A stretch of 64,000 nt of DNA, from positions 6,822,001 to 6,886,000 of the forward strand of contig CM075997.1 in the NCBI GenBank assembly GCA_038087875.1. Direction: 5' to 3'. Within the stretch, counting starts at the first letter, position 1, and every line of letters begins with the position of its first letter. Below, in pieces: positions 49,301 to 61,800 of the stretch. The translations under genes were made by a program, and so were the position numbers. Under the pieces are notes generated by a model, which was given only the letters and a program-made list of their open reading frames with translations, was not told where the DNA came from and did no database searches. Source of the stretch: Malacoraja senta. Its lineage: Eukaryota.

Positions 49301-52300
49301 CGGTTTATCCCCAAATTCAAAGTGCTCTTGTTTTGTAATTTGAAAAAGTCTTATATATTTGGCTGATAATAGTTTATTTAATTTAAATTTCAAAATTATT
49401 ATTTTATTATGTTTATCTATTGATGGATCTTTAGCATTATCTATATCCATTTGTCTAAGAAGTTCTTCTAACAGTCTTTGTTCATTCTTATTCTTTTTAT
49501 TTTGAAAAGCTTGATATGAAATTATAATACCCCTGATGCATGCTTTAAAATATTCCCATAATACAGTAGGCGATATATCTGGAGTGTCATTTATTTGAAA
49601 AAAGGCATCCATTTGTTCTTTTAAATATATACTCGCTTGTGGATCTTTTAGGATTTGAGAATTAAATCTCCAAAACGATTTATTCTTAGACATTCCTTCC
49701 AGTTTTAAAAAGAAAGTTAATGGTGAATGATCTGAAATCTAATTTGTATGGTATATTGGGTTAAAAGTATAAGGGATTAATTTTGTAGCCACCAGGAAAT
49801 AGTCTATACGTGAGTATGTTTTGTGTACCATTGAATAAAACGAGTATTCCCTGCCAGTTGGATTAACAATTCTCCAAACATCTGCTATATTAGTATTGTT
49901 TATGTAAGTATTGAGATGTTCACCGGTTTTAGATTTCATATTCCCTCTCTGTTTTTGGCTTGATTTATCTAAATACGGATCTAAAACACAGTTAAAGTCT
50001 CCTCCTATTATAACATTTTGATAGTTAGACTCTGCAATTATGTTCAAAATTTTATTTAAAAAACGAGGGTTGTTAAAGTTAGGCGCATATATATTTACCA
50101 TGGTAATTGGAGTATCATGAATGTCTCCATTAACTATTAAGTATCTCCCTTCGATGTCTGTTATGATATTCTTTGCTTTAAATGGTATACCTTTTCTTAT
50201 AATGATTGCCGTACCTCTAGATTTCGAAGTAAATGAAGAATGGTATGTTTGACCTATCCATTTCGCCCTCAACCTAGCTTGATCCTGAGATTTTAAATGA
50301 GTTTCTTGTAAGAAGATAATGTCAGCGTTGTACAGTTTCAGCTGAGCTAGTATCTTACCCATTTTAATAGGTTCGTTAATACCTCTTATATTCCAACTAC
50401 AGAATAAGACTCCTCCTAGGTTCTTTTGCTTAGCATCTTGCATTTTGAATAATTATAGTACCTTTAAATCTTGTGGTGCATCCATATCCCAGGTCTTTGG
50501 GTATTGGGGGAACTTTTGAATGTCTAAGTTTTGTTGGTATATCCCTTTTACGCTTATCACTAAACACAAAACACAAACATGTGAGTTTATGTGATAATTT
50601 AAAAAAAACTAAAAAAGTGAAAATACAGTGTCTAATATAGTCGGCACTGTAGCAAGTGGCCCACCTGTAGGTGGGAGAAAACCTTGTTTCGACTTCCATT
50701 GTGATGTTAAACAAATAGCTCCGCTCTCTTGGTTAATCATAACATATTAAAATATTAAAACGGGGCCTCACATTCAAATATATAATACAATTTTACCCTA
50801 TATATTTCATTATAACCTATCATGTATATATCGCAATTTTAGCTACTAATTATTAAACAGATACTTTTGACTTCCATAATGGTCAACTGTTGGTTGAAGG
50901 GGTTAACGAGACGTGCCCCTGGACCTAAGCCAGGTGCTCGTTTCTCATCCCCTCCTCCCAATTATAGATAAGGTTTAAATTTGTTAAAAAATCGTATTAG
51001 TATGTTAGTTCAATATTTTTTATATATATATGTTTTTTAATTTTTGTTAGCATTATAATCTAACATGAATAACTTATTAAGTTGTTAATAGGATAAGTTC
51101 TTACGATTGGATTTAATATTGTAGTCTATTACACCGATAATGCTTCTGGTATATACCATTCCCTTCTGTTCAGCTGTTTACTCATTTTGAACAGAGAGTG
51201 TCCTTGATTCAAAGTTCCATAGATAACAGTCTAGCCATCCCCAGACAAAACATTGTTTGGAATGGTTCAGGTCTGCCAAACCTTCATTTAATTTCTATTT
51301 TTCAACGATATTCTGGGCATATTTGAACGCATCTTCTGGTTTTGCAAATTACTTTTCAGAACCCTTGAAAGAAATACGCATTTTAGCTGGATAAAAAACC
51401 CCGTATCTGATCCCTTGTTTCCCACTTAAAAGATCGTTAACCTTCCCAAATTGGTTTCTCTTTTGCACAATTTCATACGGATAGTCCCTGAATATCTTAT
51501 TAATGTCATTGTCCACCCGCAGCTGCACTCCGTACTTGATTTTGCTCTTAACATCTTCCAGTTCTAAAATATCCCGAAATTTCACAATAATATGTCGTGG
51601 GTGACTTTTTCCAGCATCAGATCTCTGTTTAAATCTTGGAACACGATGAGCCACTTCAATTATCGGTTCTTTGGAAAGATTAAGCAGTTGTTTAAGTAAG
51701 CCCATGGCAAACTCACGAACGTCCTTCCCCTCGACTCCCTCTGAGACTCCAAGAATTCTCAAATTCTCGCGTCTAGAGCGAGCTTCCAGGTCCAGGCATT
51801 TGTCTGAGACTTTCCCCAGTTGAATCACCGTCTGTAGTGAAGTTTGTTCATTTTCTTGCTTGATTTGCTCATATTCTTGCCTCATTTTCGCCATGTCTTC
51901 AACCACTCGAGCCGTATTTTTCTCCAATTCCGTAATTGTGCGCATACTTGCAGCTACTGTTTCAAGCACAGCCGTGAACCTGTCCGTAGTAGTTTCATCC
52001 ATCTTGTCCATTCTCTCCGATAGTCCATCTTTCACATCATCAATTCGTTTATTTATAATGTCCAGTGAATCAATCACCTTCTGATCACTAGCATCAATAG
52101 CCTTCTGATTACCAGCATTTGAATCCTCATCATCTTTTCCATTTTTTCCATCATATTTCCCATATTTTCCATCAGAGTTTTATTTTCATTCAAAATCTCA
52201 TCTTTCATATCTTTCATATCATTCACAGATTTCTTCAAGTCATCAAATTCTTTGTCCTTACCAGACTCTGTCTTAGATCTTGTATCCATTTCTGCAGCCA

Positions 52301-52600
52301 CTTCAAAAACTTCAGAGGTAACTTCTCCTTCAGGCTTCTTCTGGTTTCTCAGCAGCTTTTTCACTGATCTCTGAGGGCTCTTGGCTGGAGACAGTTTACT
52401 CATTTAAAAGGCTTTAAACCATCGTTTAAAACATCGCCCTTACTGATGACGTCATCAGCCCGGCGACCAGAAGCTCCGGTAAGGTTTTTAAATCCAGTCC
52501 CGATTTATGGACCCGTTTTACACGATAAATCGTGAAATATTTCGGGAGCGGAGCTAGGTGCACGTCTGTTAATCCAACATGGCGCCACCGGATGTCTCTT
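46328..52600 (-). mobile_element. Near full-length L1-clade LINE: 5'UTR, ORF1 (52403 to ~51295), long inter-ORF, ORF2 (50443 to ~46669), A-rich tail; frameshifted
   Basis: ORF1: DLEARSRRENLRILGVSEG..IEVAHRV. ORF2 APE: SWNIRG, FLQETH, NIYAPN, GGDFN, YSRIDYF. RT: KTPGPGG, DQTGF, RQGCSLSP, LYADD. C-terminal CDKC motif; T-rich tract at 46328-46380. Confidence 0.95.
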
Positions 52601-52739
52601 TCGGTGGCGCCATGTAAATTGAATTGTTTGTGTGTCTTGTAGGAATTGTTTTGTGTGTATGGCTGTGGAAACGGAGTTTCGTTTGAGCCTCTCTGAGGTT
52701 CAAATGACAAGTAATAAAATCTAATCTAATCTAATTTAA

Positions 52740-53210
52740 AAGACTGTGCAACTGCCCGATCTAATCCTCTGACGATGTTGTCCACCCCTATAGGTTATCC
52801 GCTCATCCTCCTGCACTCCATGGAATAGAGACCCAGCCTGTTCTACCTCTTCTTAGAGCTCACGCACTCAAGCCTGGCAACGTCCTTTTAAATCTTTTCT
52901 GAACCCTTTCAAGCTTGCCAATATTTTTCCTATAAAATGATGTCCAGAACTGAACACAATATACTAAATGCGGTCTCACCAACGTGTTATACAACTGCAA
53001 CATGACCTGCCAAAATCTATACTTAATAATCTGACGGAGCACAAAGTGCCAAAAGCCTTTTTGACCACCTTATCTTACTGCGGCTCGACTGTCAAGGAAC
53101 CACGCACCTGTACTCCTCGATCACTCTGCTCCACTGCACTACCCAGAGGCCTACCATTTACTGTGTAGGTCCTACCCTTGTAAAACGTCCAAAAATGCAA
53201 CACCTCACAC
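52740..53210 (-). mobile_element. CR1 fragment (duplicate at 57159-57629, continuing at 58674-58692)
   Basis: VMLQLYNTLVRPHLVYCVQFW..LERVQKRF. Confidence 0.85.
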
Positions 53211-53438
53211 TAGGTATGTTACAATACTTGCCTTCAGCGGCGCTGTAATTCTGCCACTGTCCGTGTGCGCGATTTTGGCGCCTTTAAGGGGGGGGCGGGG
53301 TTAAAGCGCGGGTTTCTCCTCCCTTGTCCTGAATTACACTTTGTTGGAGTACCAGCTTCTCTGGAAGAAGCGTTCCGAGTGCCGTTTTGCGTAGTTTGTT
53401 TTAAAAATCTCCCAACAAGTTCAGCGTTGGAATCATTT

Positions 53439-56010
53439 TTGTTGCTGTAGGAGCGGTGAAGAACAGCTGGGATTGCTTGCGAAGGTCAGCAGCTCGCCAG
53501 GGAACGCAGGATAGCCGAGATAATCCAGCGAAAATGTGGTGACGCAGCAGTTTCTCGGGGGAGCCGCCATTATCAGCGTTTGAAGCGACACCAATTTGCC
53601 TCCCTCTCTCGAACTGTTCCATTAGTTTTTGGCTTTGGACTTGGCCTCGTGCCATTTGGACTGTCTCTGTCTCAGGCTTTATATGTGATATGTTTTAAAT
53701 TGTAGCACCTGTTACTATGCCGGGTCAGAGTTCTGGAGGAGCGGGGCCTTCCAGGAGTTATGCTCAGGCAGCTGCTTCTGCTGCTTCGGCTACTCATCTT
53801 GGGACCCGGTTGCCCATGAAGAACCTGCCTTTTGAGCATGGGGTGAGGTGCTACTTGCCCCCCCAGATCAACCTGAAGGACTGCTCGGCTGCCGTTGCCG
53901 AGGCGGCCAAGCCCGCAGGCGTCCTGTACGTGGGCAAAATGTTCGGGAAGGCCGTATTCTTCCTCGAGTCTGTTGAGGGGGTGAGCGCGGCCGTGAGTAA
54001 AGGAGTCACAGTGGGGGGAGTGTTTCTGCAGGTCGAGCCCGTAGGGTCCATCGCGCAGCGGGTGGTCCTTTCCAACGTCCCGCCCTGCATTACAAACGAG
54101 GCCCTCCTTCCCAACCTTCACACCCTGGGGAAGGTACTCTCGGACATCATCCCAATTTCTCAGGTGTTCCGCAGGAAGGAGCTGCGGCACGTTCTTCACC
54201 TCCTGCGCCAGCTGTCAATGATGCTGGACCGAGAGGAGATTGTTGACGGGCGCTTCTGTGTCCAGCAAGATGGCCGTGACTTTACCATCTTATGGACATC
54301 GGAGCGCCCATCGGAGGAATTGCCCCAAATCCCGGGCGGGGCCTCTGCCTCCAGTGACACTAATCCCCTCTCCCCCCTGCTCCCACTCCCATGTAATTGA
54401 GGCAGCGAACCCTGGGGCTGCGCAGAGCGTGGGTGGGGGTGGGGAGGTTCAAAAGAAGGGGTGCAAGGTGGCAAAGAAGGTGAAGCAGCTGGGGAATAAA
54501 ACCCCCAAGTACAAGCGCGATTCGCCCATCCCGTCACCTCCCATTAGGGAGTCCGCAAGCTCCATAATCCAGCCGGGGGCAGTGGGGATCGGGCAGGAGG
54601 AGGGGGGGCCGCAGAAAAATGTTGCTAAGGCGAGCCCAGAGTCTGTGAGCTCCTTCCCTGTGAAGAAAAGGAGGAGGAATCTCTCTAGGGAGGAGAAGAA
54701 GGGGGACGAACGGGAATCCTCCAGGGGGGAGAGGAGTACTGTGGTGGAGGAAGACTCCAGCCCTCTGGTTCGGGCCCTGGTCCCATGTTCTGGAGGGGAT
54801 TCAGAGGAGGGTGGCGATGGGGACCACTCGAATGTTATGGAGCAGGGGGAGATTCCTGTTGGGGAGGGAGTCCTGCATCGTGCATCTGAGGCAGCCCAGG
54901 AGCAACCCACCCAGGACGAGGCGCAGAGCACGCCTCTGGAGTTAAAGACTGGAGGTGGAGGGGGGGGGGGGGTTGGGGAAACCAGCCCTTCTCTCCCTGT
55001 GGACCTGGCTCAGGAGGGACTCCCTGAGTCTGGTGCACCAACTGGGGGAGGGAGTGTCACCCCCACTGTCGATGGTCTTGAATCCCCTGGTACATCTGGG
55101 GAAGGCCTCTCTGGCACTTGTCCCAGGGTTGGGACTGAGGTGGGGGAGAGACCAGCGGGTGGGGCAGAGGCAACCGCTGCACAGCTGTGAGGCGGGTGTT
55201 TTGAGCACTGAAGGTGTGTCCGGAGTTGGGGATGGTGACGCCATCTGCAGTGAGCAGGTGGAAGGGGACTCCTCGGGCAATGAGTCAATGGATGTTCTCG
55301 CTCCCCCTGACGCCACTCCACTCAATCCAGTGGAGGAGATCCGCGAGTTCATCACGGCCACCGAAAGAGCCCAACATTGGCCCAGACTGGCCTCCCTTCG
55401 GTGGCCTAACTTAAAAGGGCTCACTAGCTCGCTGAAACTCATCCTCAAAAAGTAGGGGAGGGGCAAGGGGTCGAAGGGGGTGAAGGGGAACGACCGGCGT
55501 CTGCTCAGGTCCTTTTTGGACGACCTGTCAAGGGGCGCCAAGGCCGAGAGCAGCTTCATTCCTGCTGAGGGTAGAGAGAGCAGTAGAGCGTCCCTTGTAG
55601 CACAGATCCGGAAGGTAGGACCCACCGCCAATCCACCTAGGGATTGAATTGGGAGAAGCAGATCTGCTGTCAGCGATCGGGGGACATGTGAGTGGATCTA
55701 GTGTACTCCTGACATGGCGATCACCATAGCCAGTTATAACATAAATGGCAGCAGGAGGCCTCTCCGCAGGTTTAATCATCTCTCAACCTGGGGGATGGGA
55801 AATATGCGGTGAGCTTCCTGCAGGAAACCCACACCACCCCAGGAGATAAGTCCACCTGGCTCCTGGAGTGGGGTAGCGAGGTCTTCATGAGCCACCTCAA
55901 CTCTATTTGCAGAGGGGTGGCCATTTTGTTGGTCCCGAATTTCCGGCCTGAGATCCTAATGGTCCAGGAACTGGTGCCAGGCCGCTTGCTTCACTTGGCC
56001 GTGCGCCTAG
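53439..56010 (+). mobile_element. Tx1-clade LINE, copy 1 (partial 5'UTR, ORF1 from 53717, start of ORF2 at 55714), truncated by the duplication junction
   Basis: ORF1: HGVRC..YVGKMFGKAVFFLES..VVLSNVPPCITNEAL. ORF2: MAITIASYNING..FLQETH. Confidence 0.88.
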
Positions 56011-57020
56011 ATGTCGTGGGTGACTTTTTCCAGCATCAGATCTCTGTTTAAATCTTGGAACACGATGAGCCACTTCAATTATCGGTTCTTTGGAAAGATT
56101 AAGCAGTTGTTTAAGTAAGCCCATGGCAAACTCACGAACGTCCTTCCCCTCGACTCCCTCTGAGACTCCAAGAATTCTCAAATTCTGGCGTCTAGAGCGA
56201 GCTTCCAGGTCTAGGCATTTGTCTGAGACTTTCCCCAGTTGAATCACCGTCTGTAGTGAAGTTGGTTCGTTTTCTTGCTTGATTTGCTCATATTCTTGCC
56301 TCATTTTCGCCATGTCTTCAACCACTCGAGCCGTATTTTTCTCCAATTCCGTAATTGTGCGCATACTTGCAGCTACTGTTTCAAGCACAGCCGTGAACCT
56401 GTCCGTAGTAGTTTCATCCATCTTGTCCATTCTCTCCGATAGTCCATCTTTCACATCATCAATTCGTTTATTTATAATGTCCAGTGAACCAATCACCTTC
56501 TGATTACTAGCATCAATAGCCTTCTGATTACCAGCATTTGAATCCTCATCATCTTTTCCATTTTTTCCATCATATTTCCCATATTTTCCATCAGAGTTTT
56601 ATTTTCATTCAAAATCTCATCTTTCATATCTTTCATATCATTCACAGATTTCTTCAAGTCATCAAATTCTTTGTCCTTACCAGACTCTGTCTTAGATCTT
56701 GTATCCATTTCTGCAGCCACTTCAAAAACTTCAGAGGTAACTTCTCCTTCAGGCTTCTTCTGGTTTCTCAGCAGCTTTTTCACTGATCTCTGAGGGCTCT
56801 TGGCTGGAGACAGTTTACTCATTTAAAAGGCTTTAAACCATCGTTTAAAACATCGCCCTTACTGATGCCGTCATCAGCCCGGCGACCAGAAGCTCCGGGA
56901 AGGTTTTTAAATCCAGTCCCGATTTATGGACCCGTTTTACACGATAAATCGTGAAATTTTTCGGGAGCGGAGTTAGGTGCACGTCTGTTAGTCCAACATG
57001 GCGCCACTGGATGTCTCTTT
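56011..57020 (-). mobile_element. Duplicated 5' part of the L1 (5'UTR and ORF1 N-terminal region)
   Basis: Near-identical to 51592-52600. Confidence 0.93.
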
Positions 57021-57629
57021 CGGTGGCGCCATGTAAATTGAATTGTTTGTATGTCTTGTAGGAATTGTTTTGTGTGTATGGCTGTGGAAACGGAATTTCG
57101 TTTGAGCCTCTCTGAGGTTCAAATGACAAGTAATAAAATCTAATCTAATCTAATTTAAAAGACTGTGCAACTGCCCGATCTAATCCTCTGATGATGTTGT
57201 CCACCCCTATAGGTTATCCGCTCATCCTCCTGCACTCCATGGAATAGAGACCCAGCCTGTTCTACCTCTTCTTAGAGCTCACGCACTCAAGCCTGCCAAC
57301 GTCCTTTTAAATCTTTTCTGAACCCTTTCAAGCTTGCCAATATTTTTCCTATAAAATGATGTCCAGAACTGAACACAATATACTAAATGCGGTCTCACCA
57401 ACGTGTTATACAACTGCAACATGACCTGCCAAAATCTATACTTAATAATCTGACGGAGCCCAAAGTGCCAAAACCCTTTTTGACCACCTTATCTTACTGC
57501 GGCTCGACTGTCAAGGAACCACGCACCTGTACTCCTCGATCACTCTGCTCCACTGCACTACCCAGAGGCCTACCATTTACTGTGTAGGTCCTGCCCTTGT
57601 AAAACGTCCAAAAATGCAACACCTCACAC

Positions 57630-58673
57630 TAGGTATGTTACAATACTTGCCTTCAGCGGCGCTGTAATTCTGCCACTGTCCGTGTGCGCGATTTTGGCGC
57701 CTTTAAGGGGGGGGGGCGGGGTTAAAGCGCGGGTTTCTCCTCCGTTGTCCTGAATTATACTTTGTTGGAGTACCAGCTTCTCTGGAAGAAGCGTTCCGAG
57801 TGCCGTTTTGCGTAGTTTGTTTTAAAAATCTCCCAACAAGTTCAGCGTTGGAATCATTTTAAAATCATCTTCTGAAGCGTCAACGCCAACAACGGGGACG
57901 GATTTCACACAAGGGAAAGGTAAACGAAAGTGCTTTATTTTAATGTATAAACGTTCTCCTTAAGAGGCCTTTAATTCACATTTTTACATGCGACACGGTG
58001 ATTTTATTCCCCGAATTAACGGCAGTATTTTTCATGCCAATACGGGGTTAAATTCACCGCAAATGAACGTTCCAAAAGATCGCGTTCCAGAAAACCTCAC
58101 TCACAAGATGAATTAAATCCCCATTAATTTACAGGTATTAAACATTCAATTCCTTCCATTTGGCCTGTAAATTCATGAAAATTAGATTTAAAAATCATGT
58201 TATATTGTGAATTATTGTGTGAATGTTATTTGGACACTTAGGCTATTTAAAAATGTTAATCTATTCTTAAGAAATTGATAGATGTTTCGATCTAGTAATT
58301 GAATTTTGTAATTAGCTACAATTAGGTAACTAACTAATTATATGCTTTACTTTCAGGTCTTCGAAGTAAGATTGTTTGATATTTGTTTCAGAATGCTTCA
58401 ATCTATAATAACTGAAAATTTCTTTCAGTTATCATAATTTGTAAGAAAGTTATGGGCTTTTAACTGTCCTCGATCACAGCTTTTGTGTTAAGTCAATGGA
58501 AAAGCAATAGGGAACTAGATGCTAATTTCTGAGTATGATAATGGCCATAACTTTTTTAATACTGAAGATATGAAAGTGAATTAAGTGTCAAATTAAACTT
58601 CTTTTTATGCTTTATCTGATGGGATAAATTGCAGACTTTATTTTTAAAATCTCAAAATTTTGTAACATTCCTA
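57630..58673. mobile_element. Non-autonomous TIR DNA transposon (hAT-like termini); left end duplicated at 53211-53440
   Basis: TIR TAGGTATGTTACAA / TTGTAACATTCCTA; flanking direct repeat ctcacac (7 bp); no ORF. Confidence 0.8.
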
Positions 58674-58692
58674 CTCACACTTCTCTGTATTA

Positions 58693-58898
58693 GCGCTTTG
58701 AGAGGTTAGTTATGGTACACATCTACTCCTACATCGACAAGAACCTCGACCCAGTACAGTTCGCATACCGCCACAACAGGTCAACGAAGGATGCGATCTC
58801 ACAGGCTCTCCACTCCGCATTGGATCACTTGGACAATAAAAACACTTACGTTGTTTATAGACCGCAGCTCGGCCTTCAATACCATCATCCCTTCCAAG
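58693..58898 (+). mobile_element. Rex1/Babar-like RT fragment
   Basis: [46 protein letters not shown]. Confidence 0.85.
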
Positions 58899-61800
58899 CG
58901 GGTTGCGCGAGGATGTGTGGTGATTAGGAGCTCCCGTCGAGACATAAGAACTAGTGTATTTTACATCTTTATGGAATTCGGAGGAGATACAGCGGTACCT
59001 TAAACATCTTTGTGTATCGCTGCAACGCTGCAGAGACTTGTTTTAAAGTTTTTGTGCTTGTTTTTGGAACTGCGAGCAGTCTTATCAATTGACTACGTAG
59101 CTCCCACTATGGTGGCTGGTAACCTGTTAGGAAACTGTTTGCGTACCAAAAGAGAGGAGAAAAATCTTTCTGAACTTGTACAACTACGTCCAGATCAACC
59201 CCCTTACTGCCTCGTCTGGGCTGACCGGCCCGGTCTTGTTTTCGTGTGGTGTGAGAGGTTTTCTGCACCTACACCATGTCGACCTTCTTTTGCGGCATTG
59301 GAGCTTGAAACTGACGACGAAGCCTCCCTTCTCTCGGCAAGACCGAGGGAGATAAGAGGGTTCCAACAACAAGACTGCAGGCAAGTCCCTTTTGTTGCTG
59401 TAGGAGCGGTGAAGAACAGCTGGGATTGCTTGCGAAGGTCAGCAGCTCGCCAGGGAACGCAGGATAGCCGAGATAATCCAGCGAAAATGTGATGACGCAG
59501 CAGTTTCTCGGGGGAGCCGCCATTATCAGCGTTTGAAGCGACACCAATTTGCCTCCCTCTCTCGAACTGTTCCATTAGTTTTTGTCTTTGGACTTGGCCT
59601 CGTGCCATTTGGACTGTCTCTGTCTCAGGCTTTATATGTGATATGTTTTAAATTGTAGCACCTGTTACTATGCCGGGTCAGAGTTCTGGAGGAGCGGGGC
59701 CTTCCAGGAGTTATGCTCAGGCAGCTGCTTCTGCTGCTTCGGCTACTCGTCTTGGGACCCGGTTGCCCATGAAGAACCTGCCTTTTGAGCATGGGGTGAG
59801 GTGCTACTTGCCCCCCCAGATCAACCTGAAGGACTGCTCGGCTGCCGTTGCCGAGGCGGCCAAGCCCGCAGGCGTCCTGTACGTGGGCAAAATGTTCTGG
59901 AAGGCCGTATTCTTCCTCGAGTCTGTTGAGGGGGTGACCGCGGCCGTGAGTAAAGGAGTCACAGTGGGGGGGGGGTGTTTCTGCAGGTCGAGCCCGTAGG
60001 ATCCATCGCGCAGCGGGTGGTCCTTTCCAACGTCCCGCCCTGCATTACAAACGAGGCCCTCCTTCCCAACCTTCACACCCTGGGGAAGGTACTCTCGGAC
60101 ATCATCCCAATTTCTCAGGTGTTCCGCAGGAAGGAGCTGCGGCACGTTCTTCCCCTCCTGCGCCAGCTGTCAATGATGCTGGACCGGGAGGAGATAGTTG
60201 ACGGGCGCTTCTGTGTCCAGCAAGATGGCCGTGACTTTACTATCTTCTGGACATCGGAGCGCCCATCGGAGGAATTGCCCCAGACCCCAGAGTCTGTGAG
60301 CTCCTCCCCTGTGAAGAAAAGGAGAATCTCTCTAGGGAGGAGAAGAAGGGGGACGAACGGGAATCCTCCAGGGGGGAGAGGAGTACTGTGGTGGAGGAAG
60401 ACTCCAGTCCTCTGGTTCGGGCCCTGGTCCCATGTTCTGGAGGGGATTCAGAGGAGGGTGGCGATGGGGACCACTCGAATGTTATGGAGCAGGGGGAGAT
60501 TCCTGTTGGGGAGGGAGTCCTACATCGTGCACCTGAGGCAGCCCAGGAGCAACCCACCCAGGACGAGGCGCAGAGCACGCCTCTGGAGTTAGAGACTGTA
60601 GGTGGAGGGGGGGGGGTCGGGGAAACCAGCCCTTCTGTCCCTGTGGACCTGGCTCAGGAGGGACTCCCTGAGTCTGGTGCACCAACTGGGGGAGGGAGAG
60701 TCACCCCCACTGTCGATGGTCTTGAATCCCCTGGTACATCTGGGGAAGGCCTCTCTGGCACTTGTCCCAGGGTTGGGACTGAGGTGGGGGAGAGACCAGC
60801 GGGTGGGGCAGAGGCAACCGCTGCACAGCTGTGAGGCGGGTGTTTTGAGCACTGAAGGTGTGTCCGGAGTTGGGGATGGTGACGCCATCTGCAGTGAGCA
60901 GGTGGAAGGGGACTCCTCGGGCAATGAGTCAATGGATGTTCTCGCTCCCCCTGACGCCACTACACTCAATCCAGTGGAGGAGATCCGCGAGTTCATCACG
61001 GCCACCGAAAGAGCCCAACATTGGCCCAGACTGGCCTCCCTTCGGTGGCCTAACTTAAAAGGGCTCACTAGCTCGCTGAAACTCATCCTCAAAAAGTAGG
61101 GGAGGGGCAAGGGGTCGAAGGGGGTGAAGGGGAACGACCGGCGTCTGCTCATGTCCTTTTTGGACGACCTGCCAAGGGGCGCCAAGGCCGAGAGCAGCTT
61201 CATTCCTGCTGAGGGTAGAGAGAGCAGTAGAGCGTCCCTTGTAGCACAGATCCGGAAGGTAAGACCCACCGCCAATCCACCTAGGGATTGAATTGGGAGA
61301 AGCAGATCTGCTGTCAGCGATCGGGGTACATGTGAGGGGATCTAGTGTACTCCTGACATGGCGATCACCATAGCCAGTTAAAACATAAATTGCAGCAGGA
61401 GGCCTCTCCGCAGGTTTAATCATCTCTCAACCTGAGGAATGGGAAAAATGCGGTGAGCTTCCTGCAGGAAACCCACACCACCCCAGGAGACAAGTCCACC
61501 TGGCTCCTGGAGTGGGGTAGCGAGGTCTTCATGAGCCACCTCAACTCTATTTGCAGAGGGGTGGCCATTTTGTTGGTCCCGAATTTCCGGCCTGAGATCC
61601 TAATGGTCCAGGAACTGGTGCCAGGCCGCTTGCTTCACTTGGCCGTGCGCCAAGATGGCGTGCCGTTGCATTTTGTCAACGTGTCAACTCCCCAAGCCCG
61701 CCGTGTTGCAGACACGCCTGTTCCGGGAGGTGTCTGCCCTGCTGAACTCCATCGACCCTGGTGACTGCGTGATCCTCGGGGGTGATTTCAACTGTAACCT

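Larger units (their letters stand above)
51592..61654. repeat. Tandem segmental duplication: copy 1 51592-56010, copy 2 56011-61654
   Basis: Offset 4419 (ORFs 52074/56493, 52968/57387). The junction fuses the Tx1 endonuclease to L1 ORF1 at 56011. Confidence 0.95.
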
